From positions 98,704,001 through 98,768,000 of the forward strand of contig OZ024740.1 in assembly GCA_964016885.1 (NCBI GenBank): a stretch of DNA of 64,000 bases. Reading direction: 5' to 3'. The number at the start of each line of letters is the position of its first letter. Position 1 is the stretch's first letter. Made by a program: the position numbers and the translations under genes. This DNA is from Eledone cirrhosa (Eukaryota). Positions 25,241 through 39,260 of the stretch are shown piece after piece. Below the pieces are notes generated by a model, which worked only from the letters and a program-made list of their open reading frames with translations, made no database searches and had not been told where the DNA came from.

Positions 25241-26859
25241 CTATTATTTTCTCTTCTGTTCATCACCTTCCTTTTCTTTGTTTTCTATGGTACTTGTTTC
25301 TCTTCATCCTCCTTATTCTTTTATGTCTTCTTTTTCAGCATCTTCTTTTTTATCTTTTTTTTATCTTTCATCTTATTTTTCTTCTTTCTCTTCTTCTCCA
25401 TACAATTTATTCCACTACTGAACATGTTGTACCTCCTCTCTACACCCAGGTGGCACTGCTAACAGAATATCTTTTAAAAACTATTAATATATTTGTCTAT
25501 TCTGCCACATTTTCTTTTAGACTTTTTATTATAACTCTTATTATGTTGGTTTTTCTTTTTATCATTATTCTTGTTATTATTACTAATGTACTTCTCTAAT
25601 AAAAATTACAACATTTGGCATTAATAATTTGTTAACCCTTGTTGCCCCATAATGTATGAATGTTTAAATATATAAAATTTGATTCACTATTGTGTATGAC
25701 CATCTCTTGTGACCTTTCTTCTTTTCTTTCAAAGATGTAATACCTCCCCTTTATGGGCTCTCAAGATGAAGGAAACATACCCTACTATGGCAAGGAGAAG
25801 CACATCACCTAGGCACCAACATCACTTCAACTTGGGATGCAGCAACATTTGCAACTGAAGAACTGAAACTCCCCTACTCTCTCCAGTATATTACACCTTC
25901 TTAATTACAAAACTATAGAAGAGGTGCTATTTCATTTTCACAAATGCACATGATATTATGAAGTCTGTGTCCTGTCTTCGACCCTGTGGAGTGACTGCAA
26001 CACAAATTAAATCATCTATGATAGCCCTTTTCACTCAATGATACAAGAAATGATTGACCTCAAATAATCCCTGCATAACAACAAATGCTGATGGAATATG
26101 CATATCATCATAATTATCATTCTCATTTAACATCTGCTTTCTCTGCTAGCAAGGGTGGGATGTGTCTATATAACCTATGTCAGTACTTAAACAAAGCTAG
26201 ACAGGTCAGGGCTGAGAGAGGTGTTGGTCCTTGTTCCAACAGAAAACCCATTTCTTCTCTGTAGAGGAATGAGAGGAGAGAGATAAGTATGAAGTTATGG
26301 CAAGATAATGTGTGGAGAAGGGGATGCAGGGGTATGAATACGAAAGTGGAGGCATGGATAATTTTTCATTAACATAGGGGTGGGGATTGAATTCACCAGT
26401 TTGAGAAAAGGGGATGTAATGATGGACAGAATAGCTGAAGAGTGATAGCAGAGGGGGCATGGATGGGGTGCCTAGGGGTGAAGAAAATAGCTAATATAGT
26501 GTGATAAGAAGGGTATCTAAGGTGATTAGAAGGGGCAGCAGGTAAGGAATTAATATAGGCAGGGGCATGGATTGAATGGGGATGCATAGCGATGGAGAGA
26601 ATGATGTCTGCAAGGGTGTGATAGCAGAGAGGACATGGGTGTGGTGCATAAGAGTGAAAATATTAGCTTACTAGGGTGTGACAGTAAAGGTATCTAAAGG
26701 CTTTTGAAGAAGCAGCAGCTAAAGAATGAATGCTGGAGGGAGCAATGGGTCAATGAATGGGTGTAGTGATGATAAGGATAAATGCTAGGGAGTGGTAGTA
26801 GAAAGAGGGCTATGGAGATAAATCAGGACTGTTGGCTGGGTCTTCACTAGCACAGCATA

Positions 26860-27390
26860 ATGCCAGACGTTGCAGGCCATTATCATTTCTGTTGCGAGAT
26901 TCAGTTTTCTAAGGTTCACAACTTCATCCCATGTTTACGAGGGTCTGCCACAAGGGTTTCTTACCATTTTTTATGCAGCTGATATCTCCCATAATTATCA
27001 CATCTCCATAACAATGCAGTCTTCGTTCTTGACCACTTCCTCAGTTAGCTTTTGTAATGTCACTCATGCACACTGACATCATACATCCATTGGAGCATAC
27101 CTAATTCATTTCTTTCTAGCTTCCACAGGTCTCCTATATTCAATGCCAGAGATTCACTGTCATGTAGCATTACAGTTAATGCACAGGCATCAAACAGTCT
27201 ACTCTTCAATCTGAGAAAAAAGCCCTTTCATGTCAACAACAGTAACAGCCCTCTAAACTTCTCCCAGCTTGTTCTTATCCTAGTTACCACGCGTTTGGTG
27301 CATCCTCCTCCACTGCTAATTTGATAGCATAGGTAACAACAGCTGTCAACTACTTATATGGAGCCAACCTGGCAATTGAAGGGATCTATG
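26860..27390 (-). mobile_element. RTE LINE C-terminal fragment
   Basis: Remnants VVDSCCYLC, SGGGCT, RIRTSWEKFR.LL.LL, RLFDA, NE..MLQWM and GRP...WDEVV. Confidence 0.75.
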
Positions 27391-27676
27391 TCATATATAT
27401 GTATATACATATATGTATAAATATACAAAAGAAGCAGTCCTTTTTTTATTACCATTGCATCATGTGTTAATTCCTCCCTTCATCTCTAGAGATTTTACAA
27501 ATTGCTATGAACGTGTCAAAGAAACAGTCCTTTTTCTGAGGGTTCTCTTGATAAGCCATATCAGCCTCACAGCGATGATGCATTTTTATAGTGCAGAACG
27601 TTGCACACAAATTAGGGAAACTGCAATTGGAACTTTGAAGAATAAATAGGTATATTTTTGTCTATTATTTCCACTT

Positions 27677-27858
27677 GGGCGGTGGATTGGCAGTATCGGT
27701 AGAGGGTGGGCGCCATGCTTTGCAGCACAGAAACATACCTTTACGGACTGAGTTCAAATCCCGCTGAGTTTAACTTTGCCTTGCATCGTTACGGGGTCGA
27801 TAAAATAAAGTAATACACTGGGATAATTGCTGGCCTAGTGCCAAAAAGTAGAAACAAT
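27677..27858 (+). mobile_element. SINE family A
   Basis: Consensus match; both flanks begin ATTATTTCC. Confidence 0.9.
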
Positions 27859-27870
27859 TATTTCCTCATA

Positions 27871-27946
<76 letters not shown>

Positions 27947-28459
27947 CATGAGAAGAAAGAAGAATACTGCATGGTTTGCACATGGGTTACATATGATAAA
28001 AATAGTCCTTCGTCAGTGATTTTCCAAACATCATTGGTATTTCATCGCATTACAAATCAGATACCTCAGGTTGGTGCGAGCAATAACTAAAAAAAGTTAT
28101 TGGGACTAAATTCGCGTAAGGCGAGGGGGACAAGTAAACAACATAGAAGGATAAAAGCAAACCGAAGATAGGAAAATAAACAAGCAACATGGTTGTCCGG
28201 TCAGCATAAACTGGGTGGATTTCATGAGCGAGAGAGGTACAGAGCGTGTTGATGTGTGTGAGATGTGAGCAAGAAGAGACCCACACAAGCCAAACGGGAG
28301 GAAGTGAGAAGAGGAGAAACAGAGAAGAGGCTGCATTACTGTGACTGTGGAGACCAGTAATTATGGGAGTACTCAATGCATGGGGAGAAGCAGAGTGGGT
28401 TTAGAGATATGTAAAATCCCGACTGCGGCACCAAGCAATTTCAGCTTTATATATATATA

Positions 28460-29993
28460 CTAGCAGTGGTACCCGGCATTGCACAGGATAAGGTATTTTG
28501 GAATGCGGGCCGCCAACAGAACTAATCGTGGAAAAACTGCATGCCTCGACAATATGTAAAGAAAATAAACCAAATACTCTGATGGCTGGATAATCTTTAA
28601 GATTGTCCTTGATGAAGCAGGAAAAATGCAGGTTTTCACCTAATGCGGGCCCTAGGGCATCAAGAAAATGAATTTTTTTTATGTGCATAATATGCTTTGA
28701 AATTTCTGGAAAATCGGCTAGACATAACGTTTAAAAAAATCCCTAAAAGGCTGAAAAAAATGAAGTTTTTCACCCAATGCCATAAAATAGTTGGATTTTC
28801 TTTGCTCACAGTATGAAGAAGAGACTGACTCATACCTAGCTACAATTTCAAGGAAATCGGTCTGACATAACGCCTCAAAATACCCCTAAAAAGCTGAATA
28901 AACGCAGTTTATCACCTAATGCGGGCTCTAGTGTATCAAAAAGTTGAATTTTTTATGTGCATAATACTCCCTGAAACATAACGCGGGCCACCAACAGACC
29001 TAATCGTGGAAAAACTGCATGCCTGGACAATATGTAAAGAAAATAAACCGAATACTCTGATGCAATTAGTATTAGGTATGCTTCTCCTTCCACGTGCGGA
29101 AAATCGGCTTGGTGCTTTTGCTCTTTAATAAAGTGGCATGAGTCAGCAGGACAGATGTCACCACTTATGTCAGAGGGAAGTCTGCAAAGCATAGCGTGCA
29201 ATTGGACAGCATGTGGAGCCTTCTCGAAGGAGTCCACCGCATCTTAGTAAGTAAATGCAACTGGACAAACGTTTACCAAACTATGGTTATAATTTAACAA
29301 ATTTAAAGAAGAATGGTGCAATAAAATGGGCCCTGAGGCATGTGGACGTTCATTTGCAGCCCTAAATGAAAGGGTCACCATCAGCTATTTCAAGGGCCCT
29401 TAAAAGGGCATGTAAGCCATTCACTGACACCCCAGTAAGGAGGGTAACCATCAACAATTTCAAGTGGTAGCCCTAAAAAGGGTCAATTAAGCGTTCACTT
29501 GTAGCTCTTAATAGTGACTTTGACTGCGTTCTCTGATATTTGAAGGAGGATGTTACGGTTGCTTCCACCGGTAGCCTTTAGAATGAATCAGAATCTGTTT
29601 GCGGTCCGTTTAACAGCCATACATTGACGCGCCGAGTGCGATGCTGACAGGCAGACATACAGACAGATATTATAAGGGCGCGTTCTGGGCGCAGAGGGAA
29701 TTGTGGGAAGTGGCGTAATGCAGACACCAGACATACAGACAGATATTATAAGGGCATGCCATTATATGAATGTATCTATCTAAAAAGAGAAAGATAAGTG
29801 TTATAGAGAGATATCGCTAAATCGCCTAATGCGGTCCCTAGAGCATTGAAAATTTGAAATTCTTTTTGCTCAGAACACTCCCTGAAACATAAGTATTACA
29901 TGTGTAAAGTTTGAAAACAGTCAGTTGGGTGGTTCTCGAGTTTTAGGGATTCAAACTCACACACACAGACATCCTCAGTTTTATATATACAGA
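28460..29993 (-). mobile_element. Non-autonomous Helitron, family H1, longer copy with internal duplications
   Basis: Minus-strand A|TCTGTATATATAAAACTGAGGATGTCTGTGTG start, hairpin CCTGTGCAATGCCGGG and CTAG|T end. Internal repeat at ~28504-28582 / ~28983-29062. Confidence 0.85.
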
Positions 29994-31349
29994 TACAGGG
30001 AAAAGCGGATGTAAAATGATGATGATGGTGATGATGATATATATATACATTCATTCATTTATTTATATATATTCAATTGTTATGGTTGTATTTAATATTA
30101 CAATTTCTATAATTGTTATAATTGTTGTGATAGTTGTGTTTGTTCAAACTGTTATTGATATATTTCCTATGTTATATTTGTAGAAGTTAGTTTTAACCTA
30201 TTTTCCCACACATGACACATGATATCAATTTTCTTTAGAACAAATTATATTTGAAAAGCAAGATTTTGTAGCTAAATTACTTTGGGAAATTGTATTCAAT
30301 TTCATCATAATATTGAACCTTATTAACATTGCCAATATAGCCATATCATTGTCTTGTTCTTTGGGATCATCATTGACTCATCATTATAATCATCATCATC
30401 ATATTTATTGACATCATTTGTATGATATGGAAAGGTGAACTGAATTTCGTCATAGCAGTACTTATTTTATCTATAATTGAAAGATGAAAGGTAAATTCAC
30501 AGCATATTGTCTATAGAGCATAGAAGATGATACCAAAATATATGTATATTTATATGCATACATGCAGACACACACCTAATATATATACATATATATATTT
30601 GAAAGAAAGGAAAATAAGGACTTCGCTTGTAGTTCTAAACAATTTGATATAATTTTATAATAATATATTATGAGTTGGTAGATCTATTAAGTTCTTTGTT
30701 AATTTCGGTGGGAGTTTTTAAAGATTCCTGGTTAACTTTCCTGGAGAACTTTCTCGCATTCGTCGGTGGTGAATGTCAAACTGAGATCAGGTTGTGTTGT
30801 GATGTGTGACTCTATATATAAGAGAGATTTTGATGTGTCTGGGGGTGGGGTGCGGTGTTAGGAGTGTTGATGAGGATTTAAAGTTAAAGCACACACATAC
30901 ATACATATATTAAAGATGAATTTAGGTTTGTGTCTGGTGGTGGTTTTGGGGGTGCAGGGGGTGGTGTGTGTTGGTGTAATGAGGTGTAAGATACATGTCT
31001 TTTGATAGGAATGGGATGACAGCAAAGAGAAGAATAAGGATAGTTTGGGAATATTTGTCAGAAACATACGTTGTTGATATTGGTTTAGGAGGGGAAGTGT
31101 GAGGGGGACATGCTACCTCACATATTCATTTCCCTATATGTAAATATACTTACAGCCCATATATATTACATACATACACACACACATACACACACACACA
31201 TACACACATATATACATGTGCATACATATATATATATATACATATATATATATACACCTAAATATATACACACCCTTGCAAGCAGGGAAAAAGTGGATGT
31301 AAAAGGAAATGATGATGAATGATGACACACATACACACACACACACATA

Positions 31350-31776
31350 TATGTATCCGAACAGCGATGTTGCATGGTAGTGAGACCTGGGCGCTGAAGG
31401 TGGAAGACTTACGTAGATTAGAGAGAAACGAAGCCTGCATGCTCCGATGGATGTGTAACAGTAATATACGTGAACGACAAAGCATAAATGAATTGAGAGA
31501 GAGACTGAGCATAAGAGGAATCAAATGCTGTGTGCAGGAGAGGCGGTTGCGCTGGTATGGACATGTGATGCGTATGAATGATGACAGCTGCATAAAAAGG
31601 TGCAGAGCACTAGAAGTTGATGGAAACCGCGGAGTGGGGAGACCCAAGATGACCTGGGATGAGGTGATAAAAGCCGACCTTACCCAATTACACCTCTCAA
31701 AGACAATGACACACGACCGTGACTTCTGGCGTCACTCAGTAATACAGAGTACCCGACCTCCCATGGGTACATGCTG
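31350..31776 (+). mobile_element. RTE LINE 3' fragment
   Basis: MLHGSETW, LERNE..MLRWMC, RLRWYGHVMRM and GRPKMTWDEVI in ORF 31319-31777. Confidence 0.9.
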
Positions 31777-31809
31777 AAGCATATAAACAATATGCCCCCA
31801 CACCCCCCA

Positions 31810-32210
31810 CCGCAAGGTGGTCGTGGACACACTTATTTCGGACACACTTATCTCCAACAACAACTTGATTTACATTGACACACTTTCTTGCAATGCGGAA
31901 CACTGCACGTCTCTGATCATCTTGTCGCAAACTTCCTACTCTCAGCTTTCCTGCATGCTATGTACACCTGATGTCTAGCCTCTCTTTTTTCCAAGCCTTC
32001 CATGTTAGTCTTTTGTCCTTAATGGCTCTATCTACTGTTCTGTTCCACCACCAGATCACGCTCTGTCCGATCACAGCTCTGCTCCAGCCAAAAGATTCTT
32101 CAATAGCCTGCAGTAAGTTGTCACGTAAGAAATTCCAATTATCATCTATGTCATACAATTCTAACTCATCTTCTTTTCTGTCATACACATCTTGAAGGGC
32201 TTTCCTTAAT
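31810..32210 (-). mobile_element. RTE LINE fragment (endonuclease-RT linker)
   Basis: WNFLRDNLL, WWWN..VDRAIKDKR.TWKAWK, VFRIARKCV..NQ.VVGDKCVRN. Confidence 0.8.
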
Positions 32211-34599
32211 TTATATATATTTATATATATATATACATATCATCATCATCATCCCCTTTTAACGTCCATGTTTCCAAGCTTGCATGGAATGGACGAGAGT
32301 ATCGAGTACTCTGGTGTTTTGTGGTCCACCTGGTTCCCTACCACACTTCCTTCGTTTTATATATATATATATACACTGGTATCTACTTGCTGATGGAGAG
32401 GCCAATAATGTTGTTAGAACTCTATGTAGTTGAAGAGATGATTACAATGAGTTCATGCAGTGAGAGCTATCAGTTTTGTAGTAGGCTCTCAATGCATAAG
32501 GTTCCATCAAAGATTCTAATTGAGCTACAGATTCATTTATACATATATCTGTGTGTGTGCGTGTGTGTGTGCACCTGAGTGTATATGAAAACATATATAA
32601 TATGTTTAAATACAATAAACATGGGTAGCATCGCTACTGAAACTTTTTTATTTCTCTTTCCCTCTCTAAATATATTAGTATTTTGTACAAGGTTACAGCA
32701 CTGCCGAGTCTGTGAATGTAACTCACGATTGTGAACCCAACTTTCTTGTCACTATGGCATGCATTTTCTCTTAATGTGATATATGCTTATGTAATAATAT
32801 TCAACATCACCATGCTGGCATGCTTTGGATGGATTGTTACATAATAAATCAGTAAATAATTGAAACTACTCTAATTCTAGATGGATCATGCAACCATAAT
32901 ATGCTTGATACTTACTTTTTTTGGCAATGCTTTATATGGCAAGATGCCCTTCCTAAAACCAACCTTTTTACAGAGTGTACTAGTTGCAATTTATTATAGT
33001 GCCAGCACTATGTGTGAGTGAACTGTAACTGTGAGCGTTTAAACATTAAATACATAGATATCTTTATAAACAAGCAAAAGTTATTCCAAATATTTACTCA
33101 TTTCCTTTGGGCTATTATTTTAGTCATGTATCACTTCTATTCGAATAAATCTGGTGTATTTAGTAGGTACATAAGCACATGAAGGCTCAATGAAATTTGT
33201 TCTGTATGACAATTAATTTAAAGTCAAGGTTGGCTCACTTGATTGTCATGTGGTTAAAATATCTCAGGAAAAAATTACTGGACAGATTTTATGGGCAAAA
33301 TCAACTGGCAAGAGACCCAGGGGTAGAACTCAAGCAAGATGGTTGGATATCATCCATGAGCTCAGTTGATCTCACTTAGAGATCCAGCTGAATCAACTGG
33401 ATCTTCTTAATATTAGAACCCTTTTTTATCCAACGAAACAGTTTCAAGACTATTGTAAATTTGTCTTATTTTTATATCAATAACTTTTCCATGGTGCAAA
33501 GTCCATGAAAGTACTTTTCTGTATGTATGTAGAAACTTCATCTAAATGTTTTCATTTATTAGCATGGATTGTGTTATTGCTTTAAACAAATCATATATGA
33601 GATGTCCATTCTTCTGCAGGATATTTTGAATTCATAATTATGCTGTTGAAGCCAGCCTTTCAATTTAAATTGGTCTGCAGTTATGCCTATGTAATAAATG
33701 TCATTTTGGTTAAGCTTTCATCTGCTGCATGTGTAACAGATTCTTTCAAGCAGTTCGGTTGACTAGGCATACATTCTAAGAGTGAAAGTTGTTTATCTGT
33801 AGTCTGTTAGCTTTGCACTAGTGATAGAAATTCTTCATAATCTATTATATCATATTTGGTGTATCTGTGGTGTAAAAAATGTGTCACACTGTGGAAAATA
33901 GATGGCAAGTGTGTGTGCAAGTAAGAGGGAAAAATAAAGTGGCCAGTGGTAGTATTGGTATTGTTGAGAGCAACAATGCCAAACTTATTTACCTTTTAAA
34001 CCCATGTCCTTATGGGAATATGATAGGAAAATGTTTTGTATGTGTGTGTGAGGAAGAGGAGAGAGAGGGCATTGGCAGTGGTGATTCCAAAATCTACACT
34101 GCACAGAAAATATTGTTTATTTTTAAATTGTATAAAATATTCCATTTTGGTAGTTTTACTTATTTGTTAAATGTATTTAATTTATTTTGTTCTGTTGTAT
34201 TAAATAATGTATATTTCATCATGATCATTTTACATTCGCTTTTCCCTGCTTGCAAGGGTGGGACGGGTCCTATTCAGCACAGCATCTCTCCACTTGTCAC
34301 GGTCCTTCGTCATCTCCTCCGTGAGCTTCAGCGATCTGAGGTCTGCTCTCACTACCTCTGCCCATCTTTTTCGTGGTCTTCCTCTACCGCATCTTCCTTC
34401 TAGTTGGCACTTCTTTATATATACATATAACTTATAAATAAAACACTTAAAATCTCACAATGATTTCATATATTTGATAGTTGCGTCACATTAAACAATA
34501 GAATTTCCATATGGTTATTTACTTTTATTATTATTTGTGGATTTAACCCTGTTAACAAATTTCCAAATGTAGAGTAACTTATTTTTAGTTAAATGGTAT

Positions 34600-36000
34600 T
34601 CAAGGTTTCTTCTACTTATATCAGGAAAAGAAATGGTTTTCTTATCTGACTGAGCTGTATACTTATATCAATTTCCTTACACGTATTGAAAATGGAATAA
34701 TATACCATGCGTACATGCTACTCATTTTTCCACTATTTTGTTGCATTTTCTAGTATATTTAATGGTTTCCTTCAAGCCACCTTATGATAGTGTGTTGTTC
34801 TGGTGTCTGTTGGCTACTTTACCATACAAAATTATCGGAATGCATTCACTCAGCTTAATGGATAAACCTCTAAGGATACACAGTGGGTGGTTTGAGTTAT
34901 TATCTATAGATAATACTGTATCATTAGGTTTAACGTATGATTGAAGGTGGATTGGCAGTGTCAGTAAAGGGTCGGACGCCATGCTTTGATGCATAGAGTT
35001 ACGGCCCTTGCCATTCTGAGTTCAAATCCCGCCGAGGTTAACTTTGCCTTTCATCCATACGGGGTCGATAAAATAAAGTACCAGTGATGCACTGGGTAAT
35101 TGCTGGCCTTGTTCCAAAAGTAGAAACAATTATTAAGGTTTAATGTTATATCTAAGAAATTAACTATTTTTTCATTAGTACTTACTGAAATTTTAACTTT
35201 CAGGTCATTAATTAGTTCTTAAACTTATTTGCTTGTAGCACATTTATATTTCTGGAGATCAATAGACCATTATCTCTATAAATTTCTCCAGTAATTATAT
35301 GGAACCTGTTGTGAATAAAATCTAGGATATCCATGACAATTAGATAGGAATTCTTTGCACAATCACTAGCATCTATACTTATATCAATGAGATCTGCTTT
35401 ATACATACATTTTCATTTATGTGCTACTAATAAAAAAAAAAGATCAATTTTCTTGCCTGCTTTATTATTTGTATCAGTGATGGTAGCATGAATTTTTTGC
35501 AAAATCAAAGCCGTTTGGAAAAGTTGACTAGTTATAGAAGTGTAGTATTCAACCATAGTAAATTGAGTAAATAAGTGTTTTTGCATATCATGAATGTATG
35601 TAAACCAGCCTATAAATGATACCTTATTTTTCCCATTGCTTTTATTGATACTCTTGTTAATTTTATCTAATACTTTTTTCTTAATTTGGCTCTGCTTGGT
35701 TTTTGTTGGTTTGGTTTCTTTCTCTTTAATGAAATGAAGTTTTGTTAGTCCAAGAAGCTCATATCTATCATCTATGTTGAGGTTTCAAGCTATATATTTG
35801 GTCTAATTGTTTCAAGAATTTAAATTATTAATAGTGTGTTACTGTAGTTATTTGAAATCCTGTTTTTTGAAAGACCATTTTAAGTGTTAATGTTAATTTC
35901 ATCTGCAATTTTATTCATACTTTGTTTATTTTTCCTAAAACTGATGCTCTATAAAAAAAAATAGTCTTTTTCTCTGGACAGCAAAATTTCTGCCTGAATT
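34600..36000 (-). mobile_element. Old Penelope-like RT remnant (YRDDG-type), interrupted by a family A SINE
   Basis: Remnants FTQFTMVEYYTSI, IYRDNGLLI and YVKPND....NNSNHP. Confidence 0.6.
34944..35132 (+). mobile_element. SINE family A
   Basis: Consensus match. Confidence 0.9.
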
Positions 36001-36189
36001 TTATAAAGATTTTTCCCAACCGCCCAGCCCACTTAACTCAATAAAAAAACAATGAAAGCACAGCAGAGTGACAATGCCAACCTAATGCCGTAACCTACAT
36101 GACTAATACATACCCTTACATGTGATAACTTTACCAATAATACCTGCACCACTAGCATACACACTCCACCCCACCACTATCACCACTAC

Positions 36190-36470
36190 CACTAATACCT
36201 GGCTGGAAAGAAATATTCATAATACAAATATGGACATGATGCAAATACCCCGCTCTGGGTAAATATGCGTAGCTTATGAGGGTGGTAAAAGCCACAAACG
36301 AAGTGGCTATCTGTGAAATCAAGATTAAGAATGAGAATGGTGAGGAATTTAGTCTGAAAGTGTGGGGCAACCAGTGCTCTGTTCTTAACATCCTTCTGTT
36401 CATAATTGTACTGCAGGCTATAACAGATAAATTTAAGACAAGTTGCCATGGGAGCTCTTATGCTGGATGC
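36190..36470 (+). mobile_element. RTE LINE RT fragment
   Basis: EEFSLKV..NQ.SVL..LLFIIVLQAITDKFKT.C.WELLYA remnant. Confidence 0.7.
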
Positions 36471-38039
36471 TTTGAGTTTAGATTTGTTATGCCATGTATT
36501 TTTTACAGCCTTTATTAACTACAGTGGTTTGAATTTTATCAATTTTATTTTAAATATATACTTGTTGCTTTGTTTGATATGTGGTTCAAGAGCCCTTTTT
36601 GAGCTAAGTAATATTTTTTTTTTATTTTCTTTAAATAGCCGAAATAAATACAATAACATAAAATTCATGCTTACTTATTGATATTTGAAGTAAATGGAAG
36701 CTGAATGGAAATCAGTCACATGGATTGCAGCTGAAATACTAAGATCTGACCATGTCACATGAATCATGCTAATTCAACCTGTCAGTGTACAACAGCTAAC
36801 GATTTGACCAGAGCTAATCCATAAACACATGACAGCTTTTATGAACATATAATGCTAAAAATGATGTTAATAATGTAGTGTGATGTATTGTGGCCACTAT
36901 AGATAATGAACACAACCACAAGGATATGGTCCGAACGTGGAAGAGCTGAACTCCCACTGTCATCGCCTCCATCTCTCTCACGCTCCCCATCTCTCAGTAT
37001 GGTGAGCAAATGGGGTCCCACGTGCTGGCCTCCCAAGAGCCTCAGCGGACAGAATGGATGCTAAGGGTACATATGCCAGGGAAATATTCAGCTACTAATG
37101 TTTTAAACGAATGAGTAGTTAGTTTACATCATTAAGTAACTGGATGTTCATCATAGAAACCAATGTTGGTTGGTGGACATCATTATCACATAAGTAGTCA
37201 TATATACATATATACTGATATATTTGTAAATTTGCATGTGTTGTAGAAATGTGTGAGTGCTCAGATATATGTTTATATGCGTGAGCACATATATACAAAC
37301 ACACAAAAGAATAAAGATTATATAATTTAAAGGAACAAAACAATCAGCTGAGTGGATTAGCATTTCATATATCTCCCTCTCCCTAAATTTCTTCAGCATT
37401 TGTATTCAACAAAATTTATTTGAAATAGCAGTGTATCAAAACTGTAAATCTATACCACAATAAGAATATTCCTCTACCTAATCTGGCAATCCAACATCAG
37501 CTTAAAATGTGACAAATATTTCATTAGCAGAAGTGTTCATTTCACCTCTTTCAAATTCTTTATCTTAGAGGGATATTGACCTCATTAAGGTCTTAGATAA
37601 GCCTTAGATTAATTAAATACAGAAAGCAAAGAAGACTTATGTTGAGAACCACTGTATATCAAATGATTCGTGGATCATGCAGTATATCAATTACTGAATA
37701 TAATTTGGTGTATAAGATATTCAAAATACTTATTCACTTTCTTGGAGGATTTTGTATTTTCATGATTTATCCATCCATTTATCCTTCTATGGCCTTTAAT
37801 ATCTGGTGGAGACTCCGGGTGTAGTTATTGGACATTTCCAATACGTTTCCATACGTCTCCATGTCTGAATAAAACTGATTTCTTTCAAAGAAAGAGAGAG
37901 AAACAGTGATATAGGAAAACATGGCTCCATTACTGGACTATTGCTTATTTAGTGACTTTGGAAAAATGGAAGACAAAGCTACATCTGATGGGATTTGAAC
38001 ACAGTCTAGTGGGTTAAATGAATAATCCAAAGCCTCCTA

Positions 38040-39260
38040 TTGCTCTCTACACCTCAGCCCTGATCTTCCTAGATCTTTCTTTACTGTGGCTCCCTTCCAT
38101 CGGGAATTCCTTGTAATCCTTCATCTAACAATCATCATCAATACACAAAACATATCTATAACAACACAGTATTGTCTCTTACTCACTACACTTGATTCCA
38201 CTTATAAACAGTTTTTCTCTCATCTCATCCATCATTAACCTGTTTACCCATTTTCCTTGCTCGCATGGATTGGATGGGTTTTTCCTCCCACTTTTGAAAT
38301 TTTCTCTCACTATTTCTGCTCAGATCTTCCTTGGTCTTCCTCTACTGTAGCTTCCTTCCACTGGGAATTGCTGGGGCACCCCTTCATTAATCGATTATCA
38401 TCCATACATAAAACATCTTCATAGAAGCACAGTCTTCTCTCTTTCATACTACATTTTATTCTACTTATACACACCTTTTCTCTTAGCTCATTCACACCTC
38501 ACCATTTGTGCACATTAACATCACACATCTATTGAAGCATGCTCACTTTATTTATCTTCAGAATTCCCATATCCCTGCATTTACTACTCATGTTTCACTT
38601 CCATGCAACACCATACATCTCACACAGCCATCATACAGCCAGAAGAAGTAGTTCTATGAAATTTTCCTATTCTGGCTATTATGCTTTTTCCACTGCTAAT
38701 TAATTCATCTAGGTAGCAGAAGCTTTTAACCACTTCTATGGAGGTTTTCTGGATTTGAAGTAACATTCTTATACTACTCTTTCTACTAACTACTCCTGTT
38801 CATATTTACTGCATAAATGCTACATTTTCTGTTTGCCTGTAATCCCACTACGTTTCTTTTATGCCCATGTCTTACATTGTATACATCGTATAGATCTCCT
38901 ACCTACTCTTTTCTACATATCACAACCGCTTCCCTGGTGGGACCAAAATCTTGTTTTTTTACAATAAAATTTTTCATTTCTAGCTCCTTCATGGATTAAT
39001 CAATAGGAAATAGATCATCGGCATACAAAAGGTCTCATAGTCAGCTGGTCTTAAACTGCTCTGTAATGGCCTGGAATACTATAATAAATAGAAGTGGTTT
39101 GAGGACTGAGTCTTGATGAACACCTATCTGACTAAACTCACTGCATTCTCTCCCTTTGCTAATAGTACCTCTGTACACATTTGTGGTACATTTCCTGGTA
39201 CAAAACCAAACTACATCTAATCTAATATGAGCCTTTTTCTAACTAGTTGTGCCCAAACTC
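38040..39260 (-). mobile_element. Decayed RTE LINE fragments
   Basis: Remnants HQDSVLKPLLFIIVFQAITEQFKT, LLYADDL, YDGCVRC.VLHGSET and ELREK..I..IKCSM.ERRL. Confidence 0.75.

Noticed and set aside
31350-32210. Opposed RTE fragments as a twin-priming inversion
   Set aside because: The inverted piece lies downstream of the 3' piece and comes from a distant part of the ORF, so the geometry is wrong. Probably two insertions.
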